Shown here piece after piece: positions 11,201 to 24,898 of a stretch of DNA of 64,000 nucleotides. This stretch comes from Amphiscolops sp. MND2022. Its lineage: Eukaryota. Position 1 is the first letter of the stretch. Each line of letters starts with the position of its first letter. The notes beneath the pieces are model-generated. The model searched no databases, was not told the origin of the DNA, and worked only from the letters and a program-made list of their open reading frames with translations. The stretch spans positions 50,778,001 to 50,842,000 of the forward strand of contig OZ076410.1 in NCBI GenBank assembly GCA_964187785.1. Direction: 5' to 3'. Made by a program: the position numbers and the translations under genes.

Positions 11201-13754
11201 AGCAGAAAAACGGAACCACGAGCCCACCGACTCCAACCCGTCCGACTGCGCAAGCAGATATTGTCGCTTCAAGAGCTTAAAGATCACCAACTCTGGTGAA
11301 GAGCCAACGACGCGAGTGGCTGTGCATTCCAGCTTCAGCGTGATCAAGAAACGACATAGTTCTGCCGAAAGAAAGCCTCACAGAATCCAAGAGATCTCAT
11401 CAAGCTGATGAGAACTACCGCCAAACGATTGTAAGCAACGAAACTTACAATGACCCAGAAAGTGAACTACATACGGTTGTTTGCCTGTCAGCATGCAAAC
11501 AACAAGATTCAACACATCTCGATTCAACCGCAACACTCAACAAATTCCACTACCCTGTTGAAGAAAACGAACTAGAAGACGGAGAACTATAAACACCATT
11601 AAAACCTCCTGAAATCGAATCACCTTCAATTAAGTTCACCCGCAAAGTTGGAGGTTACGAAGGCCCAAAGGACACCGATAACCCACTTCTCATAGCCGCG
11701 AATAAATTTTCAAGAAGCTTATCAAGGTTTTCGCATTCGTCCTCCGATTTGTTTCCAGTTTGAAACAAACAAAACAGCCGAAAGAAGAAAAGGAACTCGC
11801 CGTCTGTCCCTCACAAACTCGATAACAACCCCATCTGCCGACGAACTTGAAGAAGCTAGACTTTTGATCTTCCGAACCGTCCAAAGATATCATCTATCGG
11901 AATTTGAAGTCCTTCGTCAAGGTAAAAGTTTACCCCGGAAGAGCTCCCAAGCTCCTTTCTTCGACGAAGAAAACAAAGTTCTCCGAGTTGGTGGACGCCT
12001 AGCCAACAGCAATTACCAACTGGATTTCAAGTTACCAATCATTGTTCCTCGACAGTAGGTATCATCGCACAACTGATCCATGAAACATCACCATTGCCTC
12101 CACGGATGTTGGCAACTGACTTTATCAACCTTGCGACAAACTGTCTGGATACCAAATGGTACACGTATCGTACAATCGACAATTCGACGACGCCCTCAAT
12201 GCACCCGTTTCAATAGCCGCCAAAGCCAACCGTTTCAATCTATCCGAAGAACGCATCTCTCCATCTTCGGCCTTCACCCACACCGGACTCGACTACTGTG
12301 GCCCAATCTCAACAAAATCGAACAACAAAAGGGTCTAGGTCGCCATCTTCATTCGCTCGTCAACAAAAGCCGTACATTTGGAGCCAGTCGAAACACTTAC
12401 TGAAGAAGCCTACAACGATTTTTCGCACCCGTGGGTTGCCTCAAGCAATCTACAGCGATAACTCGCGCACCTTCACGGGGAGCCACGCCGAGCTAGAAAA
12501 AAAGAATGCTAGCCGAACAGAAGATTAACGACATCCTGGAAACCTTTGCTGCTTGCCACAAGATACCATGGCTCACAAAACCACCACATTCTCCCCACTT
12601 TGGTGGCCTGTGGGGAGCAGCAGTCGAATTCTTAGAACGCCATCTGATGAAGACAACTGGAAAAACTACGCTACCCCTCGCTGCACCAGATCGAAGCCAT
12701 AATGAATTCTCGTCCGCTTACAGTTCCATCCAACGATCCCAACGACTTTCCTGCTCTCACACCAGCTCATCTTCTAATCGGACGACCACTACTAACTGTT
12801 CCCGATATTAAGCTACCCGATTCTGCAGACTTATCGCTTGTCCGAAGGTTTCAACAACGAGAACACGCCATGAATTTCTTCTGGAAGCGATGGTCTAGAG
12901 AATACCTAACGACGCTACAACAACGACATAAGTGGACAGAAGAACAACAGAACTTACAGATAAGAGACATCGTTTTCCTGAAAGATGACAACACACCACC
13001 GATGATGTGGCCATGGTGACTAAAGTTTTCAAAGGAAATGACCAAATCACGCGCGTCGTCGAGATCCGGACCGGAAGAGGATCCTACGTGCGGACAGTTC
13101 ATCGGTTATCTTTGTTTTTGCCAGCAAAGGAGTGGGATGAACGCAACAAGGAATCAAGTAACAAAGAAAGTTAATACCAAAAGGAAAATGAGATACACTT
13201 AGTAACCAAGAAGACACCCAAAACAACGAAGACCAGAAGATCGCAGCTGAAGACAAAGCCTCTTGCCAACAACTAAAATGGAAGCGACATCGTTCTAGAA
13301 GAAAACAATTACTACAGCCATTTGAACCAAAACAATCAGTAACCATTCACTTATTTTCGAAATTACAAATAAATCGTTTTTTAAATAGGCTTCGCAGTTT
13401 TGAGTTTTCCTGCTTCTGGCTAACCCTTACTTTGGAGATTCCTTTACCGTAAATTATTATGGGTAATGGGTCTCTTCTCTCTGGTTTATGTCTGTAGTGT
13501 TCATATTTTCCACAAACCAAGCTTAGTATACCTTCCTTTCACCGAAAAAAATTCTAAAGTTTTTTTGCGTTATTACAATTGCTACTTTGTCCCAAATGTT
13601 TCAGTGGAAAAGAGATTTGAACCCGTTCAAGGGGGCGGGGAAATGTTCACGCCGTTCAGTCTAAACTCTAAACTTCCGTTAACTTTTTTCACCTTTTGAT
13701 TTTATTTACTCCTTCTCAATTCTACGTTACTAAAAAGTCACGTTTACCAAGACA
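8213..13754 (+). mobile_element. Full-length decayed BEL/Pao LTR retrotransposon (BEL-1), 5-bp TSD ATAAC
   Basis: LTRs 8213-8270 and 13644-13754 (TGTTCA...CA); ATAAC on both sides; TGG PBS-like site at 8275; PPT AAGGGGGCGGGGAAA; gag (KLQYLKTSSKGDA), knuckles, PR FLDSGSQSNLI, RT, RNase H LHVFCD, IN (GLDYCGP, YSDN, PHFGGLW, FWKRWSREYL). Many frameshifts. Confidence 0.93.
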
Positions 13755-13991
13755 ATAACATTACATATGGCATTACACTTTTGCTATCCAAAATAGACGA
13801 AAAGGAGCATAATTGACTCAAAAATTGTTACCGAAAAAGAAAACTCATGATGTTTATTACCTACAAATGACCAAGTTTTGCTCATAGCTTCTCACCCGGG
13901 CCGAAAATTTTCCGAATATTTTCACTAATTTTCCAAAACAATTTTGGTGGTGGTGGAAAAACAGAAAAGAACTAATATTCAACATACTAAC

Positions 13992-14073
13992 CAATCGATT
14001 CATCATTTTCATCGGTTTCAGCTGCAATGTGAAATAATCGCGGACGAAACTTCTCTAAACTTTCTTTCAGTTC
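13992..14073 (-). CDS. GGA: GGA exon, GAT domain (ELKESLEKFRPRLFHIAAETDENDESI)
   Basis: TTTCAG acceptor, GTTAGT donor, 82 bp, phase 0 to 1; resembles vertebrate GGA ELYQRCERMRPTLFRLASDTEDND. Confidence 0.9.
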
Positions 14074-14254
14074 CTGAAACGAAAATGGACAAGATCAAGT
14101 GGAGCACCGCAAAATGTACGAAAGTTTAATTCTAGTCATTGGCTAGAAAGGCTTATTTCATATAAATGTTTCCGAAAGCGTTGTTTCACAACCGTTGCAA
14201 GAAATTAACCGAACGCAAAAGTAAGTTGCTGCTGCTTCAGACTTTATTAATGAG

Positions 14255-14876
14255 GGTACTCCTGACTAAGTGTGGTTCCTACAAAATTTATGCAGCCGGC
14301 CTGAAAACTCCTGACTAAGTGTGGTCCCTGGCAAATTTAGAGGAGCCAAGGTAAAGCAAACATTACATGTACAGTAGTGATATATCTAAAAGCAACAAAA
14401 GGCAAATCTCAAAATCGAATCTCAAACAGCAGCGACTCTTGAAAAATGGCTCTCGACAAATGGAATGAGCGCACGAGACCTTGATCAGCCAATGATATTT
14501 GTTTATTTGCTTTCTTTCCGCGTGCTATGTTGCGTCTTCTAGAATCACTACTGTAGTTTAAAACAGCAGAATTCAATTTACTAGCTTTCAGTGCTGTTAC
14601 AGCCAGTTGCATGGAACTTGATTTGAAGAGGTTACCATATTTGTTGTATGGCTCGGTCGCTTCGCTCCCTTCGCAAAGTAGCAACATTGAGGCATGACCA
14701 TATGGCACGTTGCTCCGTTCCGCTTCGCTCCTGCATTTAGGGCACTAGGGGTATGTGAACAGAGCTGACTACGTTATAATAATATTTCCGACAAAATATC
14801 AGGGACCACACTTGTATTATAGGGATCACACATAGTAAGAAGAAATCGCTTGGGACCACACTTAGTCAGGAGTACC
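14255..14876. mobile_element. MITE with ~22 bp TIR GGTACTCCTGACTAAGTGTGGT
   Basis: Inverted copy ACCACACTTAGTCAGGAGTACC at 14855-14876; internal sub-repeats of the TIR; encloses a dispersed repeat (14596-14780) also present at 15674-15820 and inverted at ~38775-38865. Confidence 0.75.
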
Positions 14877-15034
14877 TTACTGTGAATGTCAACCGTGGGT
14901 AATTTCACGTTTTCAAAGGATTCTCGAAGCATGTGCAGTAAAAGCTACGAACAAATCTCTCAACATGACAGAATTCCACTAGTGAATTTTCAGCAGAAGT
15001 TTTTGGTTTAAATTCGTAACTTTCCCGTGGTATC

Positions 15035-15129
15035 ATGAAACAACCACGATGAAATAATGACATAAGCAACTTTAATTGTAATGAAACAACCACGATGAAA
15101 TAATGACATAAGCAACTTTAATTGTAATG
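15035..15129. repeat. 46-bp tandem duplication
   Basis: ATGAAACAACCACGATGAAATAATGACATAAGCAACTTTAATTGTA occurs twice in tandem. Confidence 0.9.
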
Positions 15130-15578
15130 TATAAGCACTCACTCCAAACATCACTGACTACGAATACATATTTACGCACCCCGAAGAATCCTACAATATA
15201 CACCGTTTCCATATTAATTGAAGAACGTCAGATATTAAATGAACAACCAATAGAAATTGACTATGTTGCTAGAGCAAATCTCAAATAATGTGAACGACAT
15301 AGTCGCTTGAATGAACGAACGCCGCATACAATTTTGTGTACATGTAGCATTCTTTGGTCAGCGTTTGTTAAATTTTAAAGCGTCGTTGGTGATTCTTATT
15401 TGCTAACTCACTTGGATGCTGATATTGTTCACTTGATTCCTGATTGTAAAGCACTTTTAGTTTGATTGCCGAGGATTGGCTGAAAGTTTGGAACGAAAGC
15501 CGAAGCGATTCACTCAACATCTGATATGCTTCACTCAACGCGGAAACGGTGTATTACACGTGTAACTAATTTAAATTC

Positions 15579-15962
15579 GGGGCCTATTCATACAGCAGAA
15601 AATGAAAACTCGGTCCCATACAGCAGAAAATTCGGCCAATCAAATACGAGTATTTTGTAACAAATTTGTGCTGTTACAGCCAATATGTATGGAACTTGGT
15701 TTATTCGCTTCGCTCCCTTAGCCAAGTAGCAACATTGAGGTATGGCCATATGGCACGTCCCTCCGCTCCTGCATTTAAAGCACTAGGGGTATGTTAACAT
15801 AGCTGACTACAAGTTATAATAATAATTCCGACAGGATCTGACACGTGTTTCAGCTTATTGAATTCAATTCGATTTCAAATGTCAGCCAATCAGATTGCAG
15901 CATAAACAAATATTCTGCTGTTTGAGACCAGTTTTTCATTCTCTGCTGTTTGGAAATTCCCC
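15579..15962. mobile_element. MITE with GGGG...CCCC ends, ~55 bp imperfect TIR and 3-bp TSD TTC (PIF/Harbinger-like)
   Basis: TIR contains a doubled ACAGCAGA motif at each end; TTC flanks both ends. Confidence 0.65.
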
Positions 15963-15980
15963 TTCAATTCGACCAAGTAC

Positions 15981-16629
15981 AGTAGCGTTCTAAAATATCG
16001 CAACTCCATTAATTAAAACTGGAAATTTCGAATCCAAATACCTTGAAAACTGTCACAAATACGAAAAAGTGTCAGCTAGGAAAATTTATCAAAATTTTAT
16101 TTAGTTTACAAAAATGTTTGTTTGAAATTTCCGACAAAAATGAGAAAAGTTGGAAATTGTAAATTTAGACAAAATTTAATCAAATTTGCACTTTTTTGAT
16201 TTTCACAAAGTTGAAAAAACATTTTTTGAAACAATTTCAGTCAATCACTTGTCCCCAAATCTCCTAAGGATGCCCCCTATGATTTGATTGAAAAACGTTT
16301 TCAATTTCAAACAAAAATCAAGTTTCTAATGACAATTCCTGAAGCCCATCTTAATACATGTACTTCAGTGCTCATAGACATAAACTAAAGTGCATTTTTT
16401 CTAATTCGAAACAAATTCGTGATCAAAACAATTCAGTAGGTTCGGGAGACTATATGGAGTCTCCGAATGGAAAATCCAAAAATTCAATTTCAAGCTAATT
16501 AATTTTCGAAAAACATTCGAAGAAAATTTCCTAGCTGGCAAATTTTTGTATTCGTGACAGTTCACGAGATATTTGGTTTTAAATTTTGCCATTTTAAACA
16601 GTGAGGTTGCAATATTTTAGAACGCTACA
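15981..16629. mobile_element. Tc1/mariner-like MITE
   Basis: TIR CAGTAGCGTTCTAAAATATYGCAAC at both ends, with TA at the left flank. Confidence 0.6.
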
Positions 16630-16654
16630 GTTAATTAGTGAGAAAAGATTGAAC

Positions 16655-16789
16655 CTTTATGAGGTCTATGTCAGCTTGGCTGGAGGTCTTGCAGTAGTTG
16701 TTGAGCATGTCTGTCATTAGTCGCATGTTGTTGTGTATTGTGTCCAACTCCTCGGTTCTCTTATACTGCTTTTGGAGCTTTTCTTCGTC
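16655..16789 (-). CDS. GGA: GGA exon, GAT domain (DEEKLQKQYKRTEELDTIHNNMRLMTDMLNNYCKTSSQADIDLIK)
   Basis: 135 bp, phase 0-0, AG/GT bounded; resembles GGA3 DEARIQKVTKRLHTLEEVNNNVRLLSEMLLHYS...RELMK. Confidence 0.9.
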
Positions 16790-17199
16790 CTAATCAGAAA
16801 TAGAAAATTGTTTAGCAACATCAAGTAATGCATAGTAAGTCATTTCATTAATTCAAGACCATTTTGCTCAGTAGAATTTGGTTATTTGGAAACGAGAGCT
16901 TTCACTTATCAACAAAAGAATTGCTAATAAAGTCCTTTTCAGTCGCCATTTTTATTAGAAATATGCTCGACTAATACAGTGATTAGTTCGTTTCGTTTAA
17001 TGAATGTATTTCAATGGTCCACTTTTTACAGACGCCTGAGATCTAAAGGATACTCAATTCAATTCATTTATTTCTTTATAGGAATAAGAAAGCTATACAT
17101 GACCAAAGGGTCCCCATTTGGACTTTTTTGGCAATGAGATTTTTCAAACTTTTCACAGATGAGCAAGAGCGTGAACCTCTTGGAAATGTTATCACACCA

Positions 17200-17800
17200 T
17201 TCGGTTTATTAGTGTCCGCACCAGAATCCCCGACTAGGATCACGGACCACCCTCAAACGCATATTGATTACATACATTATACATGAACAAGTAACTCCCG
17301 CGAATAGATTTGTCTTTGACACTCCCTACACATCTGATCAATTAGCTCTTTTTTACATCACCGAAGTAATCAATGCGCGCAAGAGTGACAACCTTTGACA
17401 AAACAAACTATGATAAAAAAGCATTCCTCGATACACAGTTTCAACCCTACCCAAACACCCCCCCCCCATGGTATGATTTATCAATGCCCTACAGTACAAG
17501 CCATGTTGTCTATGTTCATTACACTTTTATCGTTTAGTTTGGAGAAGCAAGCCCCCCTCAAGAAAAACATCAGCCAAAACCATCGATTTTCGGGAGACAG
17601 TGGTTCGACGATGAATGCAAGGAAGCTTCAGAAAACCGTCAAACACAATTCAATCTCTTTCGGACGAAGCCATCCATTGTTCATACTAGTTACAAATATC
17701 CGAATTTCATTTAAACGATAGAACGTCAGAAATAATTCATCATGGAAACAGTTCATCCGCCTACATCTCTAGTTTTTTTATCCGTAACGTCTCTACCAAG
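17200..17800 (+). mobile_element. Decayed LINE ORF2 fragment (endonuclease end + linker)
   Basis: THIDYIH...TSDQ (APE end) and QWFDDECKEA (post-endonuclease PWFD-like motif). Confidence 0.45.
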
Positions 17801-18574
17801 TGGAAGCCACTCCCAGTATTGCTCAGGAATCTCCAAATTTCTTCAAAACTTTTCAAATCAAGTTCGAAGAATATTTAATTTCTGAATCTCGCAATGAACT
17901 TCCATACTACTCTGTGGACACGTGGTGCGACTTTCGTATAAACTGAATTTTGAATAGGCGATTGTGTTCCTGCTTTTTTATCAGTCCTAATACTGAGCGG
18001 TCATCTTACTTCTTAATTAGTTCATTCATCTTTTTTTGGACAAAAAATTGAACACTTATCCTGGGTTTTTATAACTATTTCTGATAGTTTCGAACATAGT
18101 GTTTCTTCTCTCTTTCTCTCTCATAAAACCTGTCTTTTAACGATCAAAAGACTTCACACTTTTTGCGCCTTCAGCAGGGTGCCGACTTTAGACGTACCCG
18201 TGCATTTACTCTGTTAAAGTTATTCGACAGAAATCGACTCAGTATTCCCAGCAGCTGCAAAAAATAATCCTGAAACTTCAGAGAATTAATTTTCATTTCA
18301 CAAAAACTTCCAGTGAAAATCTTTCATCTCCAAGCAGATTCTCAGAAAAATGGAATTTTGCTAAGAATTGCAAAGTTAGTTTACTGAAAGCATACAACTC
18401 TTGGAATAAAAGCTTTGCTACTCGAATAAAAGTACGGGAAGTTAAAGCTGTCAGACAAAAAATTAGTAAGGACTCGCTTGCGTTAAAACTTATGCCACTT
18501 GGAGGCTGAAGGAGGACGAGCAAAAAAATGCAAAATAGGAACAATATCATGCTGATTCGTAACGCACCAATAAA

Positions 18575-21500
18575 TGTTGTAGACTTTGTCAAAAAGCCGA
18601 ATACAAAGAAGATTTAGTTTGTCATTGCATTGCGCGAATTTAGTTATTATTGAGCTTTCAAAAGCGTGAATTGATCAGAAATTTGAAAAGGGAAACAATG
18701 AAAAAACATGAACAAGTCCAAGTGAAGTATCAAAATGTTTTTCACGTGTCTTTATTCTTTCACGCGGTATTGCTTCATTGACAGAATATTTGAGCTTCAA
18801 CATTTCCGGCCCCATCGAAGCCAGCAGCTTCAGTACTTCCGAGAGTACAGGTGATGTAAATTGTGCATGACAATTTCACAGTCCAATGGATAGCACAAAT
18901 AAATCGTCATTGATTATTATAATCTGCATGTGTTTTGTCCGTTTCAATTAGGCTAAACAGATGGATTGAAAGAATGATGCAATCGGATGAGTCCAATCAA
19001 GATGTAAATATGTTCAACCACTTGTCAGATAACTGACATCTACCTATTGATGCTTTTGATGTAAGAATTTGAAGCTGCGTAATTCTAATAAGTTTAGTAA
19101 GTAAATGATGACTAATAATCAGTCACTGCAAGGAATTGTTCGATGATTGCAGAAGTCAAGTACGGAGTCACACTCAGCACTAGCAATTGAATGTGAGCCA
19201 TTGATAAACAAAAATGAAATCAAAATGGATAATACCCTAAAGCATTTATATCATTTGAAGCTCTTTTTGATGAGTAATTCAAGTTTCATCGAGTATTGCT
19301 TTTTGAAAGTAATTCAAAATTTGATGAGATTCTGTGGTATAAAACTCAGGGTAGATTGCATTCAAAATGACCTCCATCGGAGATGAGCAGTCCGTTAGAG
19401 ATGTGAGGGGTATCATTGCATTCAGGAGACTCTTGCGGAGATTTGTACAATCCAGATTTTAGAAACTCGACTTTAATGTTGATTTATGAGGTTTCGAAGT
19501 TCGAAAAAATGGAGAAAAAATTGAGGAATTGGAGTTCAGGCATTTCTTCACTCAAACATTTATGTGAGCGAGGCTTACTAAAGCTAGCGACTGGTTGGGA
19601 TTTTGAATGGGGAGCATTCTGATTTTTACTACAGGTCGAATCAAGCTTCCGTTTGATGTTTCCAAATTCACCACTCGGCTAATATCATCATTTCCAGTAT
19701 ACAATTTCTCAATTCGGGCCATTTGCCATCTAAGAGGTGGAAGATCATCTTCATCATTCAGCACCAAATCGCCTTCCGCAAAAGATGGACCCGAAGCAAG
19801 CCATTTTTTGTACTTGAAGTATCACCAGATAGTCTCTGTACCAGTGACTTCCAAAAAGTTCTTTTGATTCGTTCTAACAATTTGAATCTCTGAGTCAATG
19901 AGGTATTTTCATCCATGTTTTCAACTGCCGAAGGGATATCATTGGCTGGTCTCTTTAGTAGAAAGTGTGTTGAGGATATAGGCTGCCGATCGTTGGGGTC
20001 ATTAGACGTAGCTGCCAATGGTCTGGAATTCAGAATTGATTCGATTTGTATCAAACTGTGTTAATTTCTTCAAATGAAAGAACATGCAATCCAACTTTTC
20101 GTCGCAGATGGCGTTTCGTGCTTTCAATAGCAGCTTTCGATAGACCTCCAAAGTGCGGCGCTCTAGGTGGAATGGTCAGCCATTCAATTCCTAGCGGCGA
20201 AACGAAAGTGCCAAATGATTTTTCATTGCCATCTTTGTTTATTATTTCTAGTATTCTATCATGTCATTCCCTGTTCCAATAAAATTTAGTCCGTAGTCAC
20301 TGAAAAGCTTTTGTGGCAATCTTATCTGGCAGTAAATCGTTTTATGGCTGACATGCAAGCTTCCTTAGCCAAATTTTCTACAAGTTCAATATGTACTGCT
20401 TTGATTACAAAACATACAAAAACTGCAATGTTTTTACCATAGCTTTGGTGAAGATTGGTCCTTCTAAATCTAGGAATTCCTACTGTTTGGAAAGGTTCCG
20501 CAATTGTAATTCGTTCCATTGGGAGGTCCGCCATCATTTGCGTCAGAGGTTTGTTTTCGAACCTGCTGCATATAAAACAATCCTTTATAACTCTTCTCGT
20601 TGTATCTTTGCCATTAAGTATCCAGAATTCTTCACGACTAGTGTTGAGCGTGAGTAGCCCGCCGCCATGAAGAGTCGCTCCATGATAATACCTCAAAATC
20701 AGGACAGCTAGTGTGGACGCTTTGCTTATCAAATATGGAACCTTTTTGGAGTCTATAAACTCCCTGTGCCAAACGACCACCTGCTCTGATCGTTTCGGTC
20801 TGTCGTAGAAGGGTGACAGGTTGAGTAAAGTACTATCCCTTTTCAAACTCGATCCTCTTTCTAAAGCGTTCATTTCTTTCGGGGAAAAAGAATTTTTGAT
20901 GACTTCGTAAAAATAATTCTTTGCAATTTCCAGATCTGTTATTGATTTTCTGTTGATTCTGTGGATGTGCTCAAGTTTGATGCACAATTGGTCTCAACAG
21001 ACTGTTTGCATCAACTCTCTGGCGGGGTACTTGATAATTGGGGCTGTGGTAGTCATTCTGCATCTGAAGAGTTCAAGAAGTCTGGTCCATTCCACCAAAG
21101 TTCAGATTGCATAAGATCACTGACATCTGCACGACGAGATGACAAGTCAACAGGATTGTTTTGAGAGGGACGTGGTTCCACTTGCTCCTTGGGAAAAAGT
21201 CCTGGATTTCCGAAACTCAATTTGCGACAAACGTCGCCCAAGTTCGTGGAAGTTGATTGAGGCATGGCGATACAATTGCTGAATCAGTCCAAGCGTGGAC
21301 TGAATCAATCGTAATGGCGAAGGATTGTAGTGATTCGATGACTGTCTTGATAAGCCGAGTTCTCAATTATGCACCGCACAACTCCAACCGAAGCAAACTG
21401 ACTACCTTCACAGGCGCTACACGTGTTTTCGCAACTAGACGTTGAACTGAAATTGATCCATCTGATGATTGAAAACGACTATACACAGTGGTGGCATAAG

Positions 21501-24500
21501 CTTTCTCACTGGCACCAGTGAAAAGATGCAACTGGAAGTTCTGGAGATTCTCTAACTGTTTGAGACTGTCACGTCATGACAACCATTCATCTGTGATGTC
21601 GTTCGGCAATAAAGTATCCCACTCAAGTCCCAAATGCCAAATTTTTTGAAGGCATTTGTATTTAAAGATGATTGGTCCCAACCATCCATTGGGATCAAAC
21701 AATTTAGAAATGTCTGAAGGATGTTCTTTTTGTATGCGTTCTGATAACGTCAAGATTGACCTTGAAATTGAATGTGTCAGGATTTGGGTCGGGTTGGGAG
21801 AGCGTGATAGCAGAGCCGCTGCTGGTCCACATGCGCAATTCAAATCCAAATCTTTTTAGTTCCTGAATCAATGTGAGAACAAGTTCTTGAGCAGAATCAT
21901 TGTCCGCTGCTCCAAAAAGATATTCATCGACGTAAAAATCTTGCAAAATTGCTCTCTTGAGCGAATCATCCGAAACTCTGTTTGCTGTTTCTTGCAGATT
22001 TCAAGAATGAAGATGCATTTGCTGAAATGAAGATGCAATGCCATACGTCACTCGAGTCATTTTCAAGGGTTTTATGGCTTCCTGTGGACTATCGCGCCAA
22101 AGGATGCGATGAAAGTCTTTATCGTCCTCGTCCAATGCGATTTGGCGATATCACCAGACAATGCCAGACGGACATCACCAGACATCTTGTGAAATCGGAA
22201 ACGCAAGAAAGTGGAGTACAAATCTGGCTGTAGTTTGGCGCCTACCGTCAGAGTTTCATTCAGAGATTGTACATTGCTGGTTTTTGCAGATCCGTCAAAG
22301 ACCACTCTGAGCTTCGTTGTTGTCGAGTCTTCCTTGAATGCACAGCGGCGAGGCAAGTAATAGGTTTCACAAGATGGTTTATCAACTTCGTCGCTGGAAT
22401 TTCTTTGCGAAATTGAAAGAACACAAAGAAAGTTGATGAATTCTTCTATGAAAGCTCTGTATTTTTCATGTAGTTGAGTATTTGCTGTCAGTCGACATTC
22501 TAGTGACAGGAATCGGCATTTTGCTCGAACAAAGCTGTCACCCAATGCTCTCTGCGGTTGCTTGAATTGTAATCTAACGATAAATCTTCCATCTTCGGCT
22601 GGTTTTGTGGTTTCGACGAAATGCTGCTCGCATTGAATTTCTTCTGTCATATTTTGAGGCAGCTGAACTTCCTCCAGCTCCCAGAAACGTTTCAAGTCAA
22701 TGTCTGCTTTGAGAACAGATACAGTATGAACTTGATTAGTTTGTTTCAAAATTTTTCCAGAGACCACCCGAAATGGTATTTCGCACCCGAAATTGGACTT
22801 CGCGAATAGAGGCCGTTGTCTTCTTGCAATTTTCCGTCCAAAACGATATGTTCATAGACGTCTGATCCCAAAAATAAATCAATTTGTCTAGACTCCATGA
22901 ACTCGGGATCAGCGAGATTGAATGACCTTGATTGGAAACCTTTCACTTTGAAGAAATGGTGGTTGAATTTTGAAAGTAACTATCGCGCATGGCAGCTGGT
23001 GTGCGTTTCTGGAGTCGCTGTGCGCAATCTTCAGTCATCATTCTCAATTGAGCACCACTATCAAGCAAAACACGACATTTCAAAATGGAACAATCGGATG
23101 CTATAACTGAAATTATTGCAGTCGACAGAACCACTGTGTCGAACTGCGATATTGATTGATGCAAAGCTGTATTCTGATTGATTGGTACTGTTTTCCTTGT
23201 TTCTGCCTTTTCGGATGCAATAGAGTATTGTGTTTTTCTGGCATTTTTTGCATGTGGATTTTGAACTTCAATCCCGAGTCTTATGTCCATCTCCAAGGCA
23301 ATTGAAGCACAATTTCGAGCTATACGCAAATTTACGTCTCTCTGTCAGTGACATTCTTGAATCGATCGCACTGAAAGACTGTGTGAGCACTGAGCAAATG
23401 GGACAATGAACTGCTGTTGCTTTATAACTTTGAACTGTTTGTTGCTTGTGTGACGACTGGAATTGTTTTTCACTTCGTGGCGATTGTATTTTATTTTTCT
23501 CAGACGCATTTAGAGCTCTGGCATGTTTAATGATGAATATTCCCAAATCATCGAGTTTTCTAATATTATCACCAGCACTATCAAACTCCCACTGTCTTCT
23601 GCAATCTGGGTCTAATTTCTCAGACACAATATGAACACAGAAAAAACAATTGACTTTGGCGTTGATACTCATGGCTTCCATTGCCATCAAATTTTCATCA
23701 AAAGTTAGCGGTAATCTCCGCAATCCTTCTGATGATTCAATACAGAGGCGGAGCGTACAGGATTGCATCCATATGTGACTTCAGAATTAGCCGTTCATTG
23801 GAATACTGATCCTCCAACAATTTCAATCCAATTTATAGTTTGAGACTGTTAAGGTAAATGCGAGAGAAATACTGTGGCTTCGTCTTGCAAACATGCTTTT
23901 AACTAATTCAGTTTCCGTATGTCTGAAATACTATCGTTTCTATCCACAGCAGATATGAACTGGTCATAGAATGGCACCCAGTCTTTATATTTCCCTGTGA
24001 ACTTCGGAAAGTCAAATTTTGGCATTTTCGAACCTGTTGTATTGTTTGCTGAATGAGAGGGTGTCTCAGTAGGCTCTTTAACGGCTAGCCTAGTCAAGAT
24101 GTCTTCAATTTCCTCGAGCTGTCCCCTGACTTTCATCTCAATGTCTAGTAAATCTCGTTTTCATCCCTTGAGTCGTCTCAGTTCCTCAACTAGCGTGATT
24201 TGATTGTAGCATTGTGCGAATGCTTTTCAAATATGAAGTGTTACATCGATTTCATCTTTCCCTGCAATGGGATTGATTTTTATGGAATTCATTGTAAGTT
24301 TTCCCAAGATGCTGGATCTTGAACGGCGCAAGTGTTCCAATATTTTCGCATACAGCGACATGTTGACTGAATTGTTTGGTATGATATCTGTTGAATCCCG
24401 GGACGTATCCCACCAATAAGTCTTGTAGACTTTGTCAAAAAGTCGCATACAAAGAAGATTCAATTCATTATTGCGCCAATTTAGTTTTTACTGAGTTTTG

Positions 24501-24642
24501 AAAAGCGTGAATTGATCAGAATATTGGAAAGAGAAACAATGAAATACATGAACAAGTCCAAGTAAAGTATCAACTTGTTTTTCACGTGTCTTTATTCTTT
24601 CACGCGGTATTGCTTCATTGACAGAATATTTGAGCATCGACT
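18575..24642 (-). mobile_element. Full-length decayed BEL/Pao LTR retrotransposon (BEL-2)
   Basis: LTRs 24421-24642 and 18575-18802 (TGTTG...CAACA in the left copy); PPT-like GGGCCGGAAA; PBS-like TGGTGGGATACG; gag MPKFDFPKFTGKYKDW, knuckles, PR VLLDSGAQ, RT VVFDGSAK and FYVDE, IN LHGGG, PKCGALG, QIESILNSRPL. No TSD found. Confidence 0.9.
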
Positions 24643-24898
24643 TGCAAAAAAGAATTTACTAGAAGGCTTTCACTAGAAAAAATTGGCCGAATAACAAAAA
24701 AAATATTACATCATGTAGTGAATGAGACAATTAACGGGACATTGAATAAAGATAGTTTTACATGTATTTTTGAAATATTATATATCTCCCACCTGCAATA
24801 TTATCCGAAGATTGAAGTATTTGGCCAAGTATATTTACTGCCCACAGCGAAAATCAATGTCTCCCTAGCTTATTATTATTAACGCTTCTTTGACAGTA

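Noticed and set aside
15412-15479. Candidate extra GGA exon (good acceptor, GTGAGT donor)
   Set aside because: 68 bp long; entered in phase 0 it hits a stop, and the flanking exons already join with GAT homology.
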